From sequence record SRR31156797_353: a DNA stretch of 57,505 nt; one strand, written 5' to 3'. The notes beneath the pieces were generated by a model, which ran no database searches, was not told the origin of the DNA, and worked only from the letters and a program-made list of their open reading frames with translations. Shown here in pieces: positions 49,864-57,505 of this stretch (the stretch's first letter is position 1; the number at the start of each line of letters is the position of its first letter). Position numbers and translations under genes: made by a program.

Positions 49864-51039
49864 TTATTTTAGCAAAGTTAACGCCATATCACAGAAGAGC
49901 TCTACCCCCGTAAGCAGTACATTTTCATCAAAATCAAATTTGCTGTTATGGAGGGGAGCGCATCCGGGCTGGCCGGTTCCTAGAAAGATAAAACACCCTT
50001 TGGTCTTTTCCAGATAAAAGGACATATCCTCTCCGCCCATGGTTGCCTCGGGAACGGTTACATTCTTTTCTCCCATCACCCTGGTTGCGCATTCCCCAGC
50101 AAGAGCCGCTATTTCAGCGTCATTGGCTGTGGGGGGATATCCTACCTTGTAGTCCAAGGTATACTCAGCTCCCATGGATTGGCAGACCCCTTTGATAATT
50201 TTTTCCATCCGTTTTGGCCATGAGATCCAGATATCTCGGTCAAAGGTTCGGGTAGTGCCCTTGAGGCTGACCGTATCCGGAATGATATTATAACTGCTTC
50301 CCCCATTGATGCTGCTGATGGTAACTACAGTTGGACTGATAGGACTCATTTGGCGACTGGCTATACGCTGAAGAGCATTGATTACCTGGGCTGCGGTATC
50401 AACGGGATCAACACAGAGGTGGGGCATGGCTCCATGACCACCCTTTCCAGTTATGGTCAGATCAAAAAAATCCATGGCCGCCATCAGCGGACCTTCTTTG
50501 ATGCCGACCAACCCCTTTTCAAGAGCAGGCCAGAGGTGAGCCCCCAGAGCATAGTCTACATGGGGATTTTCAAGGACTCCAGCTTCGACCATGGGTTTTG
50601 CTCCGCCAGGGCCCTCTTCCGCAGGTTGAAACAAAAATTTTACTTGGCCGTTAACCCTTTCTTTCATGGTGCTGAGTACCAAAGCCGTACCAAGAACCAT
50701 GGCCATGTGGCCATCGTGGCCGCAAGCATGCATATTACCCTGGTGGGTGGAGGTCCAAGGCAAACCGGTTTCTTCGGTCACTGCCAGTGCATCCATATCC
50801 GCCCGGATCATAAGGGTTTTACCGGTTTCCGCATTCGGCCCATTGCCCTTCATCAGCCCTGTGAGACCATATTGGGCAATGCCTGTTTCCATTTCAAGCC
50901 CGAGTTCACGGAGCTGCGCCTCAACAAACATACTGGTCTTTCGTTCGGTGAATGCGGTTTCCGGAATGCGGTGTAATGTGTGCCGGTAATCGAAAATTGT
51001 TGATTTGTGTTTCTCAACTATAGATTTAAGTTTTGTCAT
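49864..51039 (-). CDS. M20D family amidohydrolase
   Basis: RADMDAL, MHACGHDGH, FQPAEE, GGHGAMPH, GGEDMS, PLHNSKF. Confidence 0.93.
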   Translation of the reverse strand: MTKLKSIVEKHKSTIFDYRHTLHRIPETAFTERKTSMFVEAQLRELGLEMETGIAQYGLTGLMKGNGPNAETGKTLMIRADMDALAVTEETGLPWTSTHQGNMHACGHDGHMAMVLGTALVLSTMKERVNGQVKFLFQPAEEGPGGAKPMVEAGVLENPHVDYALGAHLWPALEKGLVGIKEGPLMAAMDFFDLTITGKGGHGAMPHLCVDPVDTAAQVINALQRIASRQMSPISPTVVTISSINGGSSYNIIPDTVSLKGTTRTFDRDIWISWPKRMEKIIKGVCQSMGAEYTLDYKVGYPPTANDAEIAALAGECATRVMGEKNVTVPEATMGGEDMSFYLEKTKGCFIFLGTGQPGCAPLHNSKFDFDENVLLTGVELFCDMALTLLK

Positions 51040-51206
51040 AATTTTTCCCGTTTACCCTGATATGTTGGCAAGAAAAGGTCGCAAGACTCCGAGGACAGCA
51101 GTTAATAGTGGTACAAAGGCATACATTGGGCAGATGAGCACCATAAATAGTACCACGATCTGTAACCGAAGTCTTGCGAGGCCATTTTTTTTACCAATTG
51201 ATAGAA

Positions 51207-52667
51207 TTATAATTCTACATATTGACGGACATGTGATTTTTCCATGGGTTTTGTCAGGTAAGAAACAAGCACCAGGACTAAAATGTTCAAAAGAAGACCC
51301 TGAAGGCCTGGGTGGATACCAGCGAACTTGGGAATAACTTTGAGCACGATAAGGTAATTAAAAGTGACCCCGGTCAGGACGCCGCAGATAGCACCGGCTT
51401 TAGTTGCCCTTGGCCAGAAAAAAGTGGCTGCGGTCAACGGCAGCAGCTGTACGATTGAACCGTAGGATCCAAGGAGCAGGGAAACCAGGGTCTGTCCACC
51501 GAACACTGCTACCAGATAGGAGACCAAGCCAAAGCCTAAAACGGATATGCGAATCCAGTGAGTAGCTGCAGCTTCACTCTGAGGCTCTTTTTTAAGAGCC
51601 TGTACCAGATCCTGCGCAAAAATAGATCCGGCTGCATGGGTAATAGTGTCCTGGGTGGACATGGCAGCAGCCAACGCTGCAGCCAGGACCATGCCAATGG
51701 CTACAGGGCCAAAGTTCATATTGGCAAACATCCAGGGAAGAATACGATCTGGAGCTCCGAGTACTTCAGGGTCCACCTGCATGATTCCTGCAAATCCAAT
51801 GAACAGAACTGGTACGAGGAAGATGGCAAAGGTGGGATACCAGACAATGGTACGTTTCAGGGTGCGTTCACTTTCGGCGGTATATGCTTTCATGAACAAA
51901 TGCGGCCACATGGAAAATCCCAGGACAGAAACCAGAACGGCCGTGGCATATTCCACATATCCCATTTTTGTACCCGGCCCCACCAGAAGATGAGTGGGCA
52001 TTTTTTCAGCAATCATGGTGAACATATTCGTAGGCCCACCATAGAGAGAAAAAGCAAAATACAGTCCAAGAACCCAGGCTGTGACCACCATGAAAACTCC
52101 CTGGAATACATTGGTCCATGCAACAGCACGAACACCCCCCAAAAAGACATAAGCCACTACAACCACATAGGCGATGGCAGCACCAGCCCAAAAGGGAATC
52201 CGGCCCCCGGATGCAATTTCAAACACATACGCACTACCTTTCATCTGCAGGGTGATGTACTGGATAAAGGCAAGGATTGAAACTGCCGCTACGATGACGG
52301 AAAGGGCCTTGGACTGAAATCGACCGGAAAAAAGCTGGGCCTGGGTCACATAGTTAAATTTTTTTCCGGCACGAATGGCACGAGGACCCCAAATCCACCA
52401 GGGAACAAGGCCCAGTGCACAGTAGCCCATGATGAAAAAGGACGCTGCCCCCTTTGAATATGCCCACCCTGGTCCACCAAGATAAGCAAAAGCAGAAAAA
52501 ATTGCCCCGCCCATGAGAAAGTAAAGAACAACAAATCCGAGACTGGAATCAGCGGCAATGTATTCCTTAACAGAACTTTCCCTCCCTTTCCCGGCAAAAG
52601 AACCGATACAAAATACGATAGCAAGGTAGGCGACGATAACGGCCATGGTAATTATCCAGTTCATCAA
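51207..52667 (-). CDS. Sodium:solute symporter (SSS) family protein
   Basis: ~13 TMs, SAFAYLGGPG, GGVRAVAWT..FQG, AAAMST.D. Confidence 0.9.
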   Translation of the reverse strand: MMNWIITMAVIVAYLAIVFCIGSFAGKGRESSVKEYIAADSSLGFVVLYFLMGGAIFSAFAYLGGPGWAYSKGAASFFIMGYCALGLVPWWIWGPRAIRAGKKFNYVTQAQLFSGRFQSKALSVIVAAVSILAFIQYITLQMKGSAYVFEIASGGRIPFWAGAAIAYVVVVAYVFLGGVRAVAWTNVFQGVFMVVTAWVLGLYFAFSLYGGPTNMFTMIAEKMPTHLLVGPGTKMGYVEYATAVLVSVLGFSMWPHLFMKAYTAESERTLKRTIVWYPTFAIFLVPVLFIGFAGIMQVDPEVLGAPDRILPWMFANMNFGPVAIGMVLAAALAAAMSTQDTITHAAGSIFAQDLVQALKKEPQSEAAATHWIRISVLGFGLVSYLVAVFGGQTLVSLLLGSYGSIVQLLPLTAATFFWPRATKAGAICGVLTGVTFNYLIVLKVIPKFAGIHPGLQGLLLNILVLVLVSYLTKPMEKSHVRQYVEL

Positions 52668-52936
52668 TTATCTCCACTCTTTTCTTTGGGTTCCATGGCA
52701 TACATTGCTGCAAGGGCAATAAATTCCAGGGCAATTAACAACACCACTGTGAACAAACCAAATGGCATGCCCAGAATGATCGGCTCAACGCTGTTTGCAA
52801 CCACCCAATAACAGGCTTGTCCAAGAATAATAATACTGAGTACGGTAAAGAAAAACAGGCCTTTACGTTTTTCGCCTGGAGGTGTCCCCTCCTTGAAAAT
52901 TACGACACCATAGTCGTCTTTTTGCGCATTGCTCAC
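52664..52936 (-). CDS. Small two-TM partner protein of the SSS transporter
   Basis: NSVEPIILGMPFG motif typical of small proteins preceding SSS genes; its stop overlaps the symporter start. Confidence 0.72.
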   Translation of the reverse strand: MSNAQKDDYGVVIFKEGTPPGEKRKGLFFFTVLSIIILGQACYWVVANSVEPIILGMPFGLFTVVLLIALEFIALAAMYAMEPKEKSGDN

Positions 52937-53599
52937 AACTCTCTCCCTTCTTCTTTTGGTTTAAAAAAATGCATTTGATTTGATAAAAAAATTAAATGCA
53001 TTTTATTTTTATATCAACCTTAATGAATATGCTAGAAAAAAGTCTTATTAAGCAATGGTTAGGTAGTACATTTGAAATGAGTTCAGGGGGATAAGGGGGT
53101 AACTTATATAGGCTCAAGGTTCCAAGTAATGGTACAGATTGTGTCCATAGGGCGTGAGGATATAGGATCAACGTGTACCAGTTGATAACATGCGTTGCCG
53201 AGCAAGGCAAAATCGTAGCAAATAACTCTTATTGGTATTCACTTGAAGTGACGCCGATTCCAATACACCTCTGAACGAAGTTAGTGTTGTCATTCCTCCA
53301 CGTAGGCAGAACTGAATATGTAAATACTTCTAAAGATGTGAAAACACATCATGCAGCTAACAGGTTATTTTTTAGGGAGCAAAAGACATGGAATCACGTA
53401 ATTGCCTCTTATCTGAAATCGATAGCCAGGTTGAAAACTTTATAATAACCTTCTGGATTGGCTCATTACTTTTTCTTTTGCCTTGCTTTATTGTGCGAGT
53501 AAAAGAGTTGAAGAAGAGCAGGGTAGGTTTGTATAGGTTATTTAGCCTGCTCTACGATATCACTTCCTTTACTTTCAGCTGTCCAGGAGTAGCGTTACT

Positions 53600-53829
53600 A
53601 TGTCCTCTAAGTCCCTCGAGGTAACCCCGTCTCGTCATTGCGAATAGTTCTAATTGTACCGTACGTAACACTTGTTATCCTGCTCGTGGCAGTGCTTGGA
53701 TTTTTATCCTATCACACTGGTCGTGATGCAGTGTTAGTGGTTTCTAATCATCTGCTTGAAGAAACAGTAAACCGTATCATTCAGGCCGTGGACAGGCATG
53801 TAATAGGTTCAGTGACGAGGCTTATTTGA
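53600..53829 (+). pseudogene. 5' remnant of a membrane Cache-type sensor gene
   Basis: LRIVLIVPYV..LGFLSY..GRDAV..LLEETVNRI.QAVDRH resembles sensor N-termini; the RBS-linked ATG 53600 is out of frame and the ORF stops after ~63 aa. Confidence 0.5.
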
Positions 53830-54421
53830 TGGATAAAAGAATGATTTTTCAAGACAGGCCTGGCCGCCCTGCAGGTTCCAAAGTTGGCTATTACTCTTCA
53901 GACGATTAGGATAATTACAGATCGTTAAATCTTATAAATGGCACTTCTACAATATTCTGTGCACACAGGATAAAAAAGAGGGGGTAGAGGCATTGTTTGA
54001 AAAACCTCTTATTTTGAAAGACGAAGAACCTTCATGTCCTCAAAAAAAGTTTGTATCTATGAAGCAGTACTCCACGGAATCTAGGCTTACTTCTAGACAA
54101 GATCAAGCAGGAAAAAAATCATTGCTAGAGTCATCCCACTTACTGGTTCCCATCTGGAGCACTGTGACCAAGTGCATTAGAAGGTGAAGCGAGATTATGT
54201 TCTAATAGCTAAAGCTTTGCATCTGATTTAGCCATTTGTTAATGCAATGACTGAGTTAACAAATCGTATTTTTTGAGGCTGTCATAGGAGAAAGATTTCG
54301 CCGACAAGCAAGTAAACCAGCCACGGGCTCGAAGCTGAAAAATAATTTTTTATTGGCCAAGAAAAAATGTTAATTTGGCCCCTGTAACGGACGATTGATG
54401 CTGTATTAAGGTGCGGATATG

Positions 54422-55726
54422 TTATTTTTTAACGGTAGGGTTAAAGGCCCATTTCCTTCCAGCTATGATATAGAGCAAGACTGAGAAAAGAATAAAATAC
54501 CCAAACATTTCCACATTCTTTGTTTTAAGTACAAACGCTATGGTAACGATAATTGTTGCGCTGGTAAGAAAAAACAATGGCTTGGGGATATGCTTGAGGA
54601 TGACCCGAGCAAAGTGAGCAAACCGGATATGGCTTATCATCAACCCGACTGTACAGGTAGCTATTATCCACAGAAAAAGAGGTTTGGCCACCAAGGCTGC
54701 GCCAAGGACTATTAGTGCCCCTGCAGGACTGGGAAGTCCATTGAAGACACCTTCTGGAATATCTGTTCGTTTTTTGTCAATGGTAACAAAGCGTACCAGC
54801 CGGTAGGCAACCCCAATAAAAAACAGAATGGCAAAAAGCCACGCCAAGCTTCCCCCTGATTGAACAATGACATAGGCGGGTGCGAGACCAAAGCTTACAA
54901 AATCTGCTATATCATCCAAGTATGGTCCATATTTAGTTCCACCATGTTTTTCAGCCATTCGTCCATCAAAAAGATCAAAAAGCTGGCCTAGAATTATTAC
55001 AAAAATAGCCCAGGCAAACATTTTGTTATGCGTCAGAACGAGGCTGGTGATACCACAAAAAAAGTTAAGGGTGGAAAGTATGTCTGCATATAGGCGGTTG
55101 GGGATAAATTTAAATACCACCGACGCAGAAGCAAGTATTATACACGCGATGAGTATTTCATCACCTATATTAATGATAAACAAGTTGGAGCTTTTTTCGA
55201 GTAGCGAACAAAATATCATCAGGGTAAAACAGATGATCGCCTTAATTTTACCAAAGTTATTTGCAGCCACCGAACACTTCATGTACGAAAGAATGTGTCT
55301 GGCGAAAAATTGTCCCAAGAGTTCAATGACTACCAGTGTCCAGACTAGATTAGTCGAAAGAATACCAGCATAAGCAAAGCCAATCAGCGGCGGCAGGTAG
55401 GTTAATTTGTCACACATGGGATCAAGCCATTCGCCCCATGAGGTTGAAAGGTTGCAAACCCTTGCAACTGTCCCGTCTACACCGTCGAGTATGGCGGCAA
55501 AGGTGAAAATGATTATGGCTATAGCCTGGAAACCTATAAAGAAATAAAGGACATAAGCAATTAATGCAATGGCGGTCCGCCAATAACAAATTGCATTAGG
55601 ATGCATCAGCCAGTGGTTAGCCTGAATAAACTCCTGCATGTACTGTTTCTGTACTGCCCGGGCGAACCAGTAATAAAAGGCAGTACCCAGCGTGGCTGCA
55701 AAGGCAATTAAAAGTAGTCTTTCCAT
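54422..55726 (-). CDS. Tandem CDP-alcohol phosphatidyltransferase (two catalytic domains)
   Basis: DGVDGTVAR...GEWLDPMCD and DLFDGRMAE...GPYLDDIAD; the second half has PssA-like FVSFGLAP, RLVRF, FNGLPSP. Confidence 0.88.
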   Translation of the reverse strand: MERLLLIAFAATLGTAFYYWFARAVQKQYMQEFIQANHWLMHPNAICYWRTAIALIAYVLYFFIGFQAIAIIIFTFAAILDGVDGTVARVCNLSTSWGEWLDPMCDKLTYLPPLIGFAYAGILSTNLVWTLVVIELLGQFFARHILSYMKCSVAANNFGKIKAIICFTLMIFCSLLEKSSNLFIINIGDEILIACIILASASVVFKFIPNRLYADILSTLNFFCGITSLVLTHNKMFAWAIFVIILGQLFDLFDGRMAEKHGGTKYGPYLDDIADFVSFGLAPAYVIVQSGGSLAWLFAILFFIGVAYRLVRFVTIDKKRTDIPEGVFNGLPSPAGALIVLGAALVAKPLFLWIIATCTVGLMISHIRFAHFARVILKHIPKPLFFLTSATIIVTIAFVLKTKNVEMFGYFILFSVLLYIIAGRKWAFNPTVKK

Positions 55727-55890
55727 TTTATACTCGGCAACGGGTAAGTACTCATTAAAGAGTACGGTTACAAGGGGAAGAAAAAAGAATTCCTGGACGC
55801 CTGTTTACCACTTAATTACAGATTAGTCTATGGGCAGAATAGCTATTTAGAGAGGTGGGTTTGCTTTCACCCACAAGAAAGGAGATCATT

Positions 55891-55929
55891 AAAATAAAAA
55901 GCCCGCTGCAGATAACTGCAACGGGCTTT
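55891..55929 (-). terminator. Rho-independent terminator of the OmpA-family gene
   Basis: Minus strand AAAGCCCGTTGCAG-TTAT-CTGCAGCGGGCTTTTTATTTT. Confidence 0.85.
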
Positions 55930-55955
55930 AACAAGTTGAATGTGAGGTAAAGCTG

Positions 55956-57505
55956 TTATTCTACTATCTGGTGTAATTCAACCCTTCTGTTTTTTGCACG
56001 TCCTTCGGCTGTGGCATTGTCCGCTATTGGGTCAGCCAAGCCGTATCCCTTAGCGATAAGTCGCTCAGCATCAATTCCTTGCTCAACAAAGTAGTCGACT
56101 ACTGATTGGGCACGGAGGTTTGAAATCTGAAGATTTCTCTGCTCATTGCCAACAGAATCAGTGTAACCTGCGACTTCAAGCTTAATCGAGGGGGATTTAA
56201 GAAGTGCTGCTGCAACCATATCCAAGTTTTCTTTGGATGCCGGTGTCAAATCAGCAGTTCCAGTTTTGAAGGTAACTCCACTGAGGATGATGTTTTTTGT
56301 TTCTTCACATCCCAGTTGGTTAACAACGCTTCCCTCTGCGGAATCGTTACAGAGATCGAGGCTGTCAACAAGTCCGTCTTTGTCAGTGTCAGGCTCACAG
56401 CCAGTCGCGTCGACTTTTACACCAACTGGCGTTTCGGGACATTTGTCAGTCGCATCCATAATACCATCTTTATCGGTATCAGTGCTTTGCAGGGCAAGTT
56501 GAGTGCGTTCTTGATTGAGGGCATCCAACTCTTTTTGCAATGCTTCGACTTGGGCTTGCAGTTGTGCGGTTGCCTCATTGCCAGCAGCAAGCTGCTGTTG
56601 TAAATTGTTGTTGGTATCTTCGAGGTTGGCAAGAGCTTGCTCTGTGGCTACAAGTTCCTCGCTTTTCCCCTTGCTTGCTTCGAGTTGCTCATTGAGATCG
56701 GTGAGTTGTTTCTCAAGGGAAGCAATTGTTTCTTGGCTGGTTGCTTTGTCCTGCGTTAATTGCTCTGCTGCGGCACTTTTTTCACTGAGAGAGGTTGTAA
56801 GTGCGGCAATTTGCGAAATCGAAGATTGCAGCTTAGTATCAAGCGCGCCTAAGTTACTGTCACTCTCTGCAAGGGAATTGGAAACCTGTTGCACCTTGCC
56901 TTCCAAAGTTGTTGCCTTTTTCTCCAAGGCTGTAACCTTTTGTTCTGCCGCAACTTTACTTGCCTCAGCTTCTTGAACCTGGGTGCTAAGACCTGCAATC
57001 TGTTTACTAAGCGGATCAACTTTTGCGGCTTTTTCCTGTAACGCTTGCACCTGCTTTTGTGCTGCAGCTAAGGCTTCATCTTTTTGTTGTACGGTTTTTG
57101 TAAGTGTTTCAATCTCTTTAGCTTTGGCCTGTGCTACCTTGAGCTCTTCAGTCAAAGATTTCTGCTGTCCTTTAGCTGCGGCAAGTTCGTCAGCTAATGC
57201 TGCTGCCTTTTCTTGTGCAGCTGTAAGCTCTTCAGTCAACGAAGCCTGTTGTCCTTTAGCTGCGGTAAGTTCGTCAGTTACTCCAGTCGCCTGTTTTTGG
57301 GCAGCAGCCATTTTTTCATTCAACGAGGCCTGCTGCTCTTTAGCTGCGGCAAGTTCGTCAGCTAACGCTGTCGCCTGTTGCTGGGCAGCAGTCAACTCTT
57401 CATTCAAGGAAGCTTGCTGTTCTTTAGCTGCACCAAGTTCATTAGCTGCACCTGCAGCCTGTTCTTGGGACGCAACCAGTTCCTCAGTCAATGCAGCTTG
57501 TTGTG
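55956..57505 (-). CDS. OmpA-family peptidoglycan-binding protein with long coiled coil and TSP3-like acidic repeats (5' end outside the window)
   Basis: GYTD..G....N..IS..RA..V, GYG...P, NRRVE; DTDKDG..D..D.C repeats; the frame stays open to the window edge. Confidence 0.9.
   Translation of the reverse strand, partial: QQAALTEELVASQEQAAGAANELGAAKEQQASLNEELTAAQQQATALADELAAAKEQQASLNEKMAAAQKQATGVTDELTAAKGQQASLTEELTAAQEKAAALADELAAAKGQQKSLTEELKVAQAKAKEIETLTKTVQQKDEALAAAQKQVQALQEKAAKVDPLSKQIAGLSTQVQEAEASKVAAEQKVTALEKKATTLEGKVQQVSNSLAESDSNLGALDTKLQSSISQIAALTTSLSEKSAAAEQLTQDKATSQETIASLEKQLTDLNEQLEASKGKSEELVATEQALANLEDTNNNLQQQLAAGNEATAQLQAQVEALQKELDALNQERTQLALQSTDTDKDGIMDATDKCPETPVGVKVDATGCEPDTDKDGLVDSLDLCNDSAEGSVVNQLGCEETKNIILSGVTFKTGTADLTPASKENLDMVAAALLKSPSIKLEVAGYTDSVGNEQRNLQISNLRAQSVVDYFVEQGIDAERLIAKGYGLADPIADNATAEGRAKNRRVELHQIVE
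57130..57491 (-). repeat. Intragenic 84-bp (28-aa) tandem repeats
   Basis: Unit L(T/N)EEL.AAQ.QA....DEL.AAK.QQAS repeated at least four times. Confidence 0.85.

Noticed and set aside
50350-52280. Long antisense ORFs (208 aa and 240 aa) and similar shadow ORFs elsewhere
   Set aside because: They lie opposite well-supported genes and show no recognisable motifs.
57130-57491. CRISPR-like periodic repeats
   Set aside because: Degenerate in-frame coding repeats with no unique spacers.

Overview
A ~57.5 kb chromosomal window from a moderately AT-rich bacterium. Gene content and protein style suggest a sulfate-reducing Desulfobulbales/Desulfocapsaceae-like organism (inference). The first ~29 kb is mostly housekeeping: a tRNA-Leu edge, K+ channel, ybeY::pdxJ in one ORF, phoH, dsbA-like, a DUF3015/DUF4105 pair, NrdR-controlled nrdJ, hemB, ntrYX, rfbB/rfbC, RNase II, era and ftsEX-envC-ctpA. 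The rest is a more accessory mosaic. Main observations: (1) an unannotated selenoprotein, a rhodanese with UGA at the catalytic-Cys position plus a SECIS-like hairpin, fused to a di-iron ferritin/rubrerythrin-like domain; directly downstream is a SelD-N-type FAD oxidoreductase with an in-frame TAG. (2) A three-gene cassette (GNAT + TudS-related Fe-S desulfidase + adenine-deaminase homologue with altered active-site motifs) that may salvage modified or thio-nucleobases. (3) A YbeY-PdxJ in-frame fusion that keeps an internal RBS. (4) A family of short GTAAC...GTTAC-ended repeats. No CRISPR array, rRNA, prophage or intact transposase was seen. All family assignments come from motif recognition by eye; no searches were run.
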